A DNA stretch of 64,000 nt from Spirochaetia bacterium. GTDB lineage: Bacteria; Spirochaetota; Spirochaetia; SZUA-6; Bin103. Below the pieces are notes generated by a model. The model was not told the origin of the DNA. It searched no databases and saw only the letters and a program-made list of their open reading frames with translations. The stretch covers positions 96,001-160,000 of the forward strand of contig CBDATQ010000002.1 in assembly GCA_965199955.1 (NCBI GenBank). Reading direction: 5' to 3'. Positions 18,997-28,634 of this stretch are shown piece by piece (position 1 is the first letter of the stretch; every line of letters begins with the position of its first letter). The position numbers were made by a program, and so were the translations under genes.

Positions 18997-20922
18997 ATGA
19001 GAAGAACGCTCGCCCTGTTGTCGGGAGTGATGTTAGTCGCGTCGTTCGCCGCCTACGCCGACACGTACCACGAGGCCCCAATGCTGGCCGCGCTGGTTTC
19101 CGAGGGCAGCCTGCCCCCGGTCGACGACCGGCTGCCGGACGTGCCGCAGGTCGTGGAGCCGCAGGCCAGCCTGGGACAGAGCATCGGCGAGTACGGCGGG
19201 ACCGCCAACGTCCTGCATCTACGGCCCGATCTGACCCGCGACGGCTGGTACATGGCCGGCACCGATCCGTTCCTGCGCATCGACTTCGACGAGAGCACGA
19301 TCGTCACCAACATGCCCGAGTCGTACGAGCTGTCCGCCGACGGCATGACCTTCACCTTCAAGCTGCGCGCGGGGATGAAGTGGTCCGACGGCGAGCCGAT
19401 GGGGCTGCACGACATCGAGTTCTGGCACACGGACATCCTGCAGAACGAGAGTCTCACCCCCAGCGTTCCGGGCGGGTTCGCTCCCGGCGGCGAGGTACTG
19501 CGCTTCGAGGCGGTGGACGACACGACCGCGCGGTTTCACTTCAGCGCCCCGCACCCGCTGTTCACGACCCAGCTCGTCGGCTGGTGGGGAGGCGTGCTGA
19601 CGCCGCCGAGCCACTATCTGAAGCAGTTCCACATCGCCCACAACAGCGATGCCGACGACGTGGCCAAGGAGGCCGGCTTCGACGCCTGGCACCAGTACTT
19701 CAACGACCGCAACCATCACTTCATCGGCTTCCCGATGAAGCCCGATCTGCCGACGCTCAACCCGTACACCCAGACCCGCAAGGAGACCGACCTGCTGGTC
19801 TACGAGCGGAACCCGTACTACCGGAAGGTCGACAGCGCGGGCAACCAGCTCCCTTACATCGACCGCATCGTGAGCCGGCGGCTGGAGGACCTGGAGGTCT
19901 ACTACGGCAAGATCATCAGCGGTGAGGCGGACTTCGCCGCCGCCGAGGGGCACACCGTCAACTTCCAGCAGTTCCCGATGTTCAAGGAGAACGAGGCGGG
20001 CGGCCAGTACCGCGTGTTCCTGTGGCAGTACACCAACCAGAGCTCGCCCACGCTGATGGTCAACCAGACCCTGGAAGGGGACGACGTGTTGCGTGACCTG
20101 TTCCGCGAGGTCAACTTCCGCCGCGCGCTGTCGCTGGCGATCGACCGCCACGAGATCAACGAGGTGCTGTACTTCGGCCGCGCCAAGCCGACCCAGATCA
20201 ACGCGCTGTCCACCTCCAAGTACTACAACCCCGACTACGACGACTCGTGGGCGCAGTACGATCCGGATCAGGCCAACCAGATGCTGGACGAGCTCGGCCT
20301 GGAGTGGGACCGGAACAACGAATTCCGCCTGCGCTCCGACGGCGAGCGGCTGGCGTGGACGTTCCTCACCGCGTCGATTCAGCCCGCGCTGGAGGAGCTG
20401 ATCAAGGAGTACTGGGCCGCCATCGGGGTGGACCTGTCGATCAACGTGCTGAACATCGAGCTGTACCGCGAGCGCGTGCGGGCCAACGACCTGCAGATGG
20501 GCGCGTGGGGACACGACGGGTCCTCGGACTTCCTGATCTTCAGCGATCCCTACAACCTCGTTCCCACGCCGAGCACCGGCAACGCGTGGAGCCAGTTGTG
20601 GGCCAAGTGGCTGGCCTCCGGCGGCGAGCAGGGCGAGGAGCCGCCCGCGGACGTGGTGCAGATGTACGACAACTGGCAGCAGCTCCAGGCCACGGTCGAC
20701 GAAGCGGAGAGCATCCGCCTCGGCCAGGAGATCCTGACCTGGGTGTCGGAGAACCTGCCGGTGATCGGCACGGTGGGATACTTCCCGACCGTGTTCATCA
20801 TCAAGGACAACCTGATGAACGTGCCGGAGACCTACCTGTACGGCTGGGACATGCTGTACACGTTCCCGGCCCATCCCGAGTTGTTCTACCTGCAGCATCC
20901 GCTGCAGTCGCACCAGATGTAA
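18997..20922 (+). CDS. ABC substrate-binding protein, family 5 (orphan)
   Basis: RBS GGAGG; signal peptide ending AAYA; EAPMLAALV..GSLPPVDDRLP, KWSDGEP, GNQLPYID, FRRALSLAIDR. Confidence 0.92.
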   Translation: MRRTLALLSGVMLVASFAAYADTYHEAPMLAALVSEGSLPPVDDRLPDVPQVVEPQASLGQSIGEYGGTANVLHLRPDLTRDGWYMAGTDPFLRIDFDESTIVTNMPESYELSADGMTFTFKLRAGMKWSDGEPMGLHDIEFWHTDILQNESLTPSVPGGFAPGGEVLRFEAVDDTTARFHFSAPHPLFTTQLVGWWGGVLTPPSHYLKQFHIAHNSDADDVAKEAGFDAWHQYFNDRNHHFIGFPMKPDLPTLNPYTQTRKETDLLVYERNPYYRKVDSAGNQLPYIDRIVSRRLEDLEVYYGKIISGEADFAAAEGHTVNFQQFPMFKENEAGGQYRVFLWQYTNQSSPTLMVNQTLEGDDVLRDLFREVNFRRALSLAIDRHEINEVLYFGRAKPTQINALSTSKYYNPDYDDSWAQYDPDQANQMLDELGLEWDRNNEFRLRSDGERLAWTFLTASIQPALEELIKEYWAAIGVDLSINVLNIELYRERVRANDLQMGAWGHDGSSDFLIFSDPYNLVPTPSTGNAWSQLWAKWLASGGEQGEEPPADVVQMYDNWQQLQATVDEAESIRLGQEILTWVSENLPVIGTVGYFPTVFIIKDNLMNVPETYLYGWDMLYTFPAHPELFYLQHPLQSHQM

Positions 20923-20956
20923 CGACGCGCGCTGCCGGCGCCGGGGGAGGCTCGCG

Positions 20957-22224
20957 GTGAAGACCAGAGTGATCAGACGCGACGGCTACGACAACGGCGC
21001 CGCCCTCGCCCGGGCGTGGCAGGAGGACGGGCTGATCCCGGCGCCGCACGGCGAGGTGTTCGAGTTCTACCGCCTGGTCGACAAGGAGGCGGTGGCGCGG
21101 CTCGGCGACGAGGAGGGCATGCAGGGTCCGGAGCTGAACCTGCTGGAACCGTTCGCCAGGCAGGCGCGCCTCGCGGGCGGCGAGCGGAACGTGGCGCGGG
21201 TTCGCGAGTGGACGGAGCCGCGGCTGCTCGACGCCGTGGGCGACATCCACCGCGAGCGACTGGCGGAGCCGTTCGACCCGCACCGGTATCCGGAGATGCA
21301 GGGCCTGGCGCAGTTCCAGGACCGGGAGGCGAAGGGGATCGCCGACGTGTTCGGCACCGACTTCCGCCGCATCCTGCTGTGCCAGGACCAGTATCGGCGG
21401 CTGGTTTACCTGCGCGTCTCGGGCGAGGCCGAGCCCTCCCGGCGGACGCCGGAAGCTGCACCAGCGTCATCTTCAAGGAGAGCCCCGTGGGCCCGATCGT
21501 GGGCCGCAACATGGACTCCGGGATCGGTTCGGTCGCGGGCCTGCAGGGCTTCGGCGATCCGGTGATGTTCCGCTTTCCGGAGGAGATGGGCCACAGCTAC
21601 ATGGGCACGGCGCTGGCCGTGAACGAGCATGGGCTCACGATCCAGGGCTCAAGCATCGCCTACGCCCATGAACAGACCGACGCCGGCTTCTGGGTCGACA
21701 TCGGCCCCCTGGTGCTGCGCTGCTGCAGCACGACGGCGGAGGCGCTCGACCTGATCGACCGCTACAGCATGATGACGGGACCGAGCAACCTGGTGATGAT
21801 CGACGGCGAAGGCGACGGGGCCGCGGTGGAGAAGAGCAAGAACACCTACGCGGTGCGGCGCACCGACACGCCGTGGATCTTCACCACCGACGGCGTGGCC
21901 GTGGAGGAGAAGACCGCGGCCATCCAGGGACAGACGTCGCTGCACGAGTTCCACGTCGCCCGCCACCGCCTGATCGAGCGGTTGCTGCGCGAGCACGAGT
22001 CCAGCCCGAGCGTGGACGCGATGCGCCGCATCATGCGCGACCACACGGCGCCGTCGCCGGTGTGCAAGCACCTCGACCAGATGCCGGAGGACTATCCGCT
22101 GGCCACGCTGTACAGCTTCCTCCTGGTGCCGCGCACCGGCGAGTACTACTTCTGGGTCACGCGCCCGGGACCGGAGTACCCCTGCACCTTCGAGCCCACC
22201 CCCCACCACTTCTCCTTCGAGTAG
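20957..22224 (+). pseudogene. C45 family (AAT-like) Ntn hydrolase/acyltransferase with a frameshift near 21435
   Basis: N-terminal half is in the frame of 20957 (RBS GGAGG). C-terminal half GSCTSVIF...IVGRNMD...VNEHGL...NLVMID is in the frame of 21016. The switch occurs at GAGCCCTCCCGG. Confidence 0.72.
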
Positions 22225-22237
22225 GCATCATCCCCGT

Positions 22238-22417
22238 ATGAGCAGAACACGCGTGAGGATTGATCCGGACGATCGGACAAGTCTTCCCCCGGGACGGGTC
22301 GATTACGCGGTGCTGGATGGTGTCACCGAGGCTGAGCTCGCCACGCAGCAGCGCCGGGACGACGGCGAGGCGATGCGGGACGTTCGGAAGATGCTGGCCC
22401 GGTGCGATCGCAAGTAG
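22238..22417 (+). pseudogene. Truncated N-terminus of an HTH antitoxin/regulator (HigA-like)
   Basis: 59-aa ORF below the track cutoff: MSRTRVRIDPDDRTSLPPGRVDYAVLDGVTEAELATQQRRDDGEAMRD, then a stop. The XRE HTH that follows in this family is absent. Confidence 0.55.
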
Positions 22418-22447
22418 CGCTCGTGAGCGTGGTGCAGCGAGCGGACT

Positions 22448-24409
22448 GTCGAGGTCCATGCCCGACTCGGAATCGTGCATCCAGCGCAGCGTGCTGGCGA
22501 CGAGTACGGTGGTCGCCGAGCTGCGCCCCTCCGCCGACAGCGAGGCCAGGCGCGTTCGATCGCGCGCCGCTCCGCCCTGCGTGCTTCCGCAGCGCAGGCA
22601 GAGCCGGAATTTGCCGGGCAGGAACCACGCCGTCGTTCCCGTACCGACGTGCCCGCCGGGCGCGACCAGGAAGCGCCGCGCGCGCGCGTCGCGGTAGTAC
22701 CTCTTGAGCCGCGGATTGCCTCCGGCGTCGAACTCCAGCCAGGTCTCCGGGTAGTCATCGTCGCGGTCGGCGAACGTGAAGTCGGGATCGTCAGGCGGGT
22801 GCGGCGTCAGGAAGCCGAAAATCTCGTCCTCGGGCTGTGCCTCGTCGGCGTCGTCAGGCCGGGTCGGTGGGGCGTCGTCGATGTCACGCGCGAGGAACAC
22901 CTCCTCGCCCTCCTGCTCCGCGAGCCGCACCGGGTGATACTCGTGCCCGCACTCGCGACAGAAGTGAAGAGCGTAGAGACGCTTGCCATCGTGGCCGGGA
23001 AGAAACTGCTGGCCATCCACCGTCACCTTGCGTGTGCCGGGCGGTTCGATCGTCCCGTAAGCGTGGCCGGCACCCGAGATGAACTGGTGGAGCTTGAACG
23101 AGTAGAAGCTGTCCTTGCTTGCCTCGGGGTTCGCGGTGCGTGCGTGCTCGGGGATGCTCGACACGAGCAGAAGATCGCGCAGCGCCCTGCCGCAGGCGGC
23201 TTCGGGTCGACCCGACTCCACCGCGAGCCGACCCACCGCATCGGTCATCGTCATCGGCTTCGCCCGGACCCAGCGCTGATCGACCTCCGAGAACGAGATG
23301 CCGAGCCGCGTCTCCACCCACACCGCGAGCGGGTGCGCCCGCAGCGCCGCGTCGGAGAGGTCTGGCGCGACGCCGGCATCGATGGCCGCGCCGAGGTCGG
23401 GCCGTACCGAGTCGGCCGTGGCGGTCGAAACCGTGGTGCGTTCCAGCGTCTCGGCGATAACGTTGCTGTCGGCGACCGGGACTCCGAACAGCTTCGCGGC
23501 CACGCCCGCGACCACCCGGCTCTTGTGCTCCAGCGATCCTTCGCTCGCCATCGTGGCCGAAGTGCCGATGCACAGGAGGTTCTCCGGCTGGAGGCGCTCA
23601 CGGACCCGGCGCACCAGCAGCGCCACGTCCGCGCCCTGGCGGCCGCGATACGTGTGCAGCTCGTCCAGGACCAGGAAGCGAAGGCCCGCGCAGTTGCCTA
23701 TGACCCGGCGGTCGAGCTCGTCCTGCCGCGTCATCAGGAGTTCCAGCATCATGAAGTTGGTCAGGAGAATGTCCGGGGGCTCGTCCGCAACCCGCCGCCG
23801 CTCGTCCCGGTCCTCCTGACCCGTGTAGCGCGCGAACGTGATCGGCCGTGCTCCGGGCGCCTGGTCGATGAACTTGCTCAGTTCCTCCATCTGCGAGTTC
23901 GCCAGCGCGTTCATCGGGTACACGACGATGGCGTGCGTGCGCCGCCGGGTCGTCTGCCGCGTGGCCAGCACGTGGCTGACGATGGGAATGAAGAAGCACA
24001 GCGACTTCCCGGATCCCGTCCCGGTCGTCACCACGAAGCTCTCGCCCTCGGCGGCGAGCGCAATCGCCTGCTCCTGGTGCTTGTAGAGGACCAGCGGCTG
24101 GCCGTCCGCACGGAAGATGTCCGCACAACCGGGATGCAGAACACCGTTCGCAACCAGCGTGCCGACATCCGTCGAGCGCTTGTAGCTCGGGTTGATCTGG
24201 ATCAGCGGCTCGGGCCAGTAGCGATTCTCCGCGTAGATCGCCTTTACCTGCTCGCGGATGTCCGCAGCGTGAATCGTAGTGAACGAGGTGGCGAAGTGGT
24301 GGTACTCCTTGACCACGCTGTCGCGGAGCGCAAAGACGTCGAGCGCCGGTGCCCTGCCGGCCCCGGCACCGTCCGAGTTCGGGCTTCGTGAGTTGATCCG
24401 CGTGCTCAC
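22448..24409 (-). pseudogene. C-terminally truncated large DEAD/DEAH-box helicase (defence-island type)
   Basis: DVFALRDSVV..Y..F..SF, LYKHQEQAI, TGTGSGKS, YPMNALANSQ, LDELH, TSAT, CRECG and CLRCG. No motifs IV-VI; the ORF tail is merely antisense to the 22238 gene. Confidence 0.8.
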
Positions 24410-24426
24410 CGAGTCTGCAATCCCCT

Positions 24427-24540
24427 TCTTTTCGTCGAGCACTCTCCGCTTGGTGGGTTCCAGCACGGCGTCAAGGCGTCTGAGCACGTCAGGGGTAGGA
24501 TGACGTCGCGGTACTTGCTGCGAACGCAAATGTCGCGCAG
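24427..24540 (-). pseudogene. hsdM: Fragment of type I R-M methyltransferase HsdM N-terminus, frameshifted
   Basis: Reads LRDICVRSKYRDVILPL, a 1-nt deletion, then VLRRLDAVLEPTKRRVLDEK, matching the HsdM-N pattern LRD.YVRGKYRDVILPMTVLRRLDAVLEPTK. Confidence 0.72.
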
Positions 24541-24549
24541 CGCCTCGAG

Positions 24550-24594
24550 GCGGCGGCACCTGCGGCCGGCAAGCTGCCGCCCGCAGGCCGCCGC
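24550..24594 (-). terminator. GC-rich hairpin downstream of the SBP gene
   Basis: GCGGCGGC..CTGCGG.CGGCA agc TGCCG.CCGCAG GCCGCCGC; no U-tract. Confidence 0.4.
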
Positions 24595-24618
24595 TCCGGG
24601 GCCTCGGCCCTCGTCAGC

Positions 24619-25836
24619 TCACTCGTCGAGCACGATCCAGTCAGATACTGGATCCATGCGCCCGGTCGACGAATTGCCCCTGTAGATGCGCCCGACCGGT
24701 ATCGAGTTGTTCCTGAAGGACACCGGCACGCCGATCAGACCGCCGGTGTCCCAGTCCTGGATGCCGTCGATCGCCTCCTTGAGGTTGTCGCCGGTGAGCT
24801 CCTTGCCGGCGTCCAGCGTGCGCTTGATCGCCTCCGTCAGGATCATGCCCGTGAACCAGCCCTGCAGGGCGAAGATCGGCACGTACTCCTTCTGCGTCAC
24901 CTCCGCGATCAGCCGCAGCGTCGCGGAGTCTTCCTGCTCCCAGTAGTACCGGTACGGGAACACGCCCATGTACCGGTCGGCCAGCGGCCCGAGCTGCTTG
25001 ATGATCTCCGGCTCCATCGCCCAGAACGTGCCCATGAACATGGCGTCCACGCCCGACTGCACCGCCTGCTTCATCACCTCCGGCCAGACCGTGGCCACGT
25101 AGCCGAAGAAGATGACGTAGTCCGGCTCCGCCCGGCGCAGCTTCAGCACCTCCGGCGCCACGTCGATGCCGGCCGGCTCGGTCTCGATCTCCTCGACGAT
25201 CTCGATGCCGAGCTCCGCCGCGCGCTCCCGGGCGGCCGGGAGCGGGTCGCGGCCGAACTCCAGGTTGGAGTGGAACAGGACGACGCGCGGCGCCGCGCCC
25301 TCGGAGCGTCCTCCCTGCTCGGCGATGTGCTCCATCAGCATGCCGACCATCTCCGCGTAGGTCGGCCCGGTCAGGACCTGATAGGGGTAGTTGACCGGAT
25401 CGGCGAGCACGGTGGACATCGAGGCACCGATCATCAGCAGCCGGTAGCGCTCGTTGACCTCAGGCGCGGACAGAATCGCAAATTCGGTGGAGTCGCCGTA
25501 GAACGCCACGATGTCCTCTTCCTCGGCCATGATCTGCTTGAAGATGGCGATCGCCTGCTCCGGTTCGGAGCCGGAATCGCGGTTCTCCAAGCGCACCGGC
25601 CGGCCGTTGATCCCGCCGGTGGCGTTCAGGTAGGCGAGGTAGCCTTCGATGCCGGCCAAGCCGTATCTGCCCGCCTGTGCGTAGATGCCGGTGAGCGGCA
25701 CGGAGCCTCCCCAGACGATCTCACCTTCGTCGGCCAGCACCGGCGTCGCCATCCCCGCGGCCAGCGCGACGATCAGTGTCGCGGCGGCGGCGAGGCGTCC
25801 GGTTCCTCTCACGATTTGCGATGTTCCTCGGTCCAT
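24619..25836 (-). CDS. ABC substrate-binding protein, LivJ/Peripla_BP_6 type
   Basis: Signal peptide ending PVLA; PLTGIYA, NATGGINGRPV, D-S-G-S-E-P. No permeases adjacent. Confidence 0.85.
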   Translation of the reverse strand: MDRGTSQIVRGTGRLAAAATLIVALAAGMATPVLADEGEIVWGGSVPLTGIYAQAGRYGLAGIEGYLAYLNATGGINGRPVRLENRDSGSEPEQAIAIFKQIMAEEEDIVAFYGDSTEFAILSAPEVNERYRLLMIGASMSTVLADPVNYPYQVLTGPTYAEMVGMLMEHIAEQGGRSEGAAPRVVLFHSNLEFGRDPLPAARERAAELGIEIVEEIETEPAGIDVAPEVLKLRRAEPDYVIFFGYVATVWPEVMKQAVQSGVDAMFMGTFWAMEPEIIKQLGPLADRYMGVFPYRYYWEQEDSATLRLIAEVTQKEYVPIFALQGWFTGMILTEAIKRTLDAGKELTGDNLKEAIDGIQDWDTGGLIGVPVSFRNNSIPVGRIYRGNSSTGRMDPVSDWIVLDE

Positions 25837-25913
25837 TTCCCCAGGCTCTCCCAGTTGCTTCATGGTCCGAAAATGCCATGCCGGTTCCACGCTCGTCTAC
25901 CGATGCCGGCTCC

Positions 25914-27455
25914 TCAACTCCCGACGCGCAGGCGGTACTTGCGGAGGTCGATGACGTCCAGGGGCAGGTCGCGCGATTCGGCGACGTAGAAGCTCGGCGC
26001 CGGCCTGCCCGCTGCCGGCACGACCGCTTCACCGTGCGGGACATCGGCAAGCATCACGAAGAAGCTCGCCTCGGGGTCGTTGTAGCGGCACTCGATCATC
26101 ACGAAGTCGTCCGCGGTCAAACGGCCGGTCTTGACCTTCTCCTCGAACTCGGGGCGCAGGCATAGCGCCACGGCGAGGTACATCGGCTGGCTGTCGGGGT
26201 TGCCGATCAGCAGGAACTCCTCGTTGTCGGGATGGGTGCCGAAGGCGGAGAACTCGGCGCGGTTCACGGTCACGGCGATCAGCTTGTGCGGTCCGTGGCG
26301 GTCGGCGGTCTCGTAGATCGGCTCTCCCAGGGTTTCGCCAGGCTGCGCCGCCAGATCGTGGCCGCCGGGCCGCAGGCGAATGATCAGCCCGCGCCGCTCC
26401 AGGTCGGCCATCAGCTCGCCCGTCATCGGCACCGGCGGCAGCGTCAGGTCACAGCCGGCGTGGGCGCGCAGCACGGCGGCCTCACCCGGGTCGAACAACG
26501 ATCCGTCGGGGCGGATCACGTCGTGCAGCCAGAGGCGCGGCTCGGCTTCCGGCTCCGGGCTGTAGCGAGTGTACCAGTGCAGGTACGTCTGCGTGCGGCC
26601 CGCCACCAGGCCCCACTGGCAGCTGCCGACGTTGCGCTCCCGGAACAGCGGCAGATGGCTGGCGAACTTGGAGCCGTGGTGGCGCGCCAGCCATTCCGTG
26701 CAGAGCACCGGGCGGCCGTATCCGCCCAACTCGTCGAGCCGCTCGCGCATGTCGTTGAGGTTGCCGTAGCTGTGGAACGACACCACGTCGGAGTTGCGTT
26801 CGCCGCACAGCCGGATCTCGGTCATGTAGTCGTGCCAGTAGAACGAGCCCACGGTCAGCGGCTGCTGCGGATCGGCGGCGCGCGCCCAGCGGAACGCCGC
26901 TTCCATCAGCGGCAGACTCTCCTTGGGGCGATCCCCGCCCGGTTCGTTGTACAGGTCCCATACCAGTACCCGCCGGTCGCTGCCGAAGGCTCCTACCACG
27001 TCGCCGACGTACGCCTGGAGCTGCGGCCAGCGCGCGGGGTCGTCGGCGGTGGCGTAGCCGGGGCTCGGCGTCCAGCGGCTGTTGTGCACCCCGGGTTCGG
27101 GCTCGTCCTGGCGCCCCGCGTAGGGGTCGCGGTCGTCGAAGCGGCAGTCGTCGAACAGGATCGGCATCATGGTGATGCCGGCTGCGTCGGCCAGCCGCAG
27201 GAAGGTCTCCAGGCGCTCATGGTGGCCCGACGGATCGGCCTCCCACACCATGAACTGCAGGAACACGCGCACCGTGTTGTAGCCGAGGCCGGCCGCATAC
27301 TGCAACTCGCGCTCGATGGTGGTGGGGTCGAAGGTTTCCGCCTGCCACATCTCGGTGCTGTTCACCGCCGTGCTCGGCAGGAAGTTGCAGCCGAACGGCA
27401 ACGGGATCGACGCGAACCACTCGTTGGCGCGCTCGGCGCTCCACTGCTCGGTCAT
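25914..27455 (-). CDS. GH5-like glycoside hydrolase fused to a C-terminal cupin-like domain
   Basis: GCNFLPSTAVNSTEMW, GYNTVRVFL, WDLYNEP (acid/base), SFHSY, VLCTEWLAR (nucleophile), WGLVAGRTQT. Extra ~160 aa with HPDNEEF...VPHGE. Confidence 0.8.
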   Translation of the reverse strand: MTEQWSAERANEWFASIPLPFGCNFLPSTAVNSTEMWQAETFDPTTIERELQYAAGLGYNTVRVFLQFMVWEADPSGHHERLETFLRLADAAGITMMPILFDDCRFDDRDPYAGRQDEPEPGVHNSRWTPSPGYATADDPARWPQLQAYVGDVVGAFGSDRRVLVWDLYNEPGGDRPKESLPLMEAAFRWARAADPQQPLTVGSFYWHDYMTEIRLCGERNSDVVSFHSYGNLNDMRERLDELGGYGRPVLCTEWLARHHGSKFASHLPLFRERNVGSCQWGLVAGRTQTYLHWYTRYSPEPEAEPRLWLHDVIRPDGSLFDPGEAAVLRAHAGCDLTLPPVPMTGELMADLERRGLIIRLRPGGHDLAAQPGETLGEPIYETADRHGPHKLIAVTVNRAEFSAFGTHPDNEEFLLIGNPDSQPMYLAVALCLRPEFEEKVKTGRLTADDFVMIECRYNDPEASFFVMLADVPHGEAVVPAAGRPAPSFYVAESRDLPLDVIDLRKYRLRVGS

Positions 27456-27715
27456 TTCTCTTCAGCCTCCGCATCCTGCTCCGAGTACACGATCGGGTTC
27501 ATGCCGCTGTCGGCGAGCTGGCCGGGCAGCAGCCCGCCCACAAAACGAAGCCCGTCCGGCGAGCGCGACATGTCGGTGATGCGCGCGCCGTCCGGGAAGT
27601 AGTTGGCGGTCATCGCCTCGCGCACCTTGTCGGAGCGGTTCGCCGGGGCGCCGTGCACGGTCCAGCCCAGATGCATGGAGCAGTCGCCGGCCTTCAGACC
27701 CGGCACCTGCACCAC
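27452..27715 (-). pseudogene. C-terminal fragment of a phytanoyl-CoA dioxygenase (PhyH) family gene
   Basis: LKAGDCSMHLGWTVHGAPANRSDKVREAMTANYF is the distal His/Arg part of the PhyH fold; the HxD half is absent. Stop overlaps the GH5 ATG. Confidence 0.7.
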
Positions 27716-27896
27716 CTCCTCCCCGGACGCTGACTCGCGTGAAAGAATTCAAGTGTTCGATTCGGTCGATCGAGGAATGGAGGGAGCGCGAAGAGCACTT
27801 GACTGCGCTCACAAGGAGAGTCTTCAGCTCTTATAACGCGGCGAGGGAAAGCGCATTGGCCGGGGAGTAGATCGCGTAAGGCGGTAACGGGGACGC

Positions 27897-28634
27897 CTAC
27901 TCCCAGTGCCGGATCATCTCGATCTCCGGACTCGAGGTGGTATAGAGCGGAAGCTCCGGAGTGTGGACCTTGGACGACTGGGTGACAGCGAACAGGATCA
28001 GGTCGGCCACGTCTTCCGGTTGCCCGAGCTGCGACAGCTCGTCCCGGTGGTGGTCGCGGCGCATCTTCGTGTCCATCGGACCCGGCTCCACGAGGGTGGC
28101 CTTCACGCCGTGCGGGCGCCCCTCCAGCCCGGTGATGCCGGTGAATCCTCGCACGCCGAACTTGGCAGCGCCGTAGGCGCCGTAATTGGCTGACGGGTAC
28201 CTGCCGGCAAGCGAGGAGACGTTGACGATGTGGCCGCGGCCGCGCTCGCACATGTGACTGAAAACCGCCTGCGTGCACAGGAACACCGCCTTGAGGTTGA
28301 CGGCGATGTTGCGGTCCCAGAGTTCCTCGGTGATGTTCGGTATCGGTGAGGTGCCGGCCACGCCGGCGTTGTTGACCAGGATGTCGACCGTGCCGAAGCG
28401 GTCGATGGTCTGCGCCACCATCGCCTGCACCGCCGCCTGGTCGGCGACGTCCGTGGGGACGGCGAGCGCCTCGCGGCCGAGCGCGCGGATCTCTTCGGCC
28501 ACGGCCTCGATCTCCGCGGCGGTCCGAGCCGCCAGCGTTACGCCGGCTCCTTCGCGGGCCAGCGCCAGCGCGGTCGCCCGGCCGATGCCGCGGCCGGCGC
28601 CGGTGACGATGGCGGTCTGGTTCTGCAGTCTCAT
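27897..28634 (-). CDS. SDR family oxidoreductase
   Basis: MRLQNQTAIVTGAGRGIG, NNAG, VSS, YGAAK. Confidence 0.92.
   Translation of the reverse strand: MRLQNQTAIVTGAGRGIGRATALALAREGAGVTLAARTAAEIEAVAEEIRALGREALAVPTDVADQAAVQAMVAQTIDRFGTVDILVNNAGVAGTSPIPNITEELWDRNIAVNLKAVFLCTQAVFSHMCERGRGHIVNVSSLAGRYPSANYGAYGAAKFGVRGFTGITGLEGRPHGVKATLVEPGPMDTKMRRDHHRDELSQLGQPEDVADLILFAVTQSSKVHTPELPLYTTSSPEIEMIRHWE

Noticed and set aside
22157..24559. Intact 800-aa helicase or a complete defence system
   Set aside because: Both ends are non-homologous read-through, motifs IV-VI are missing and partner genes are absent.
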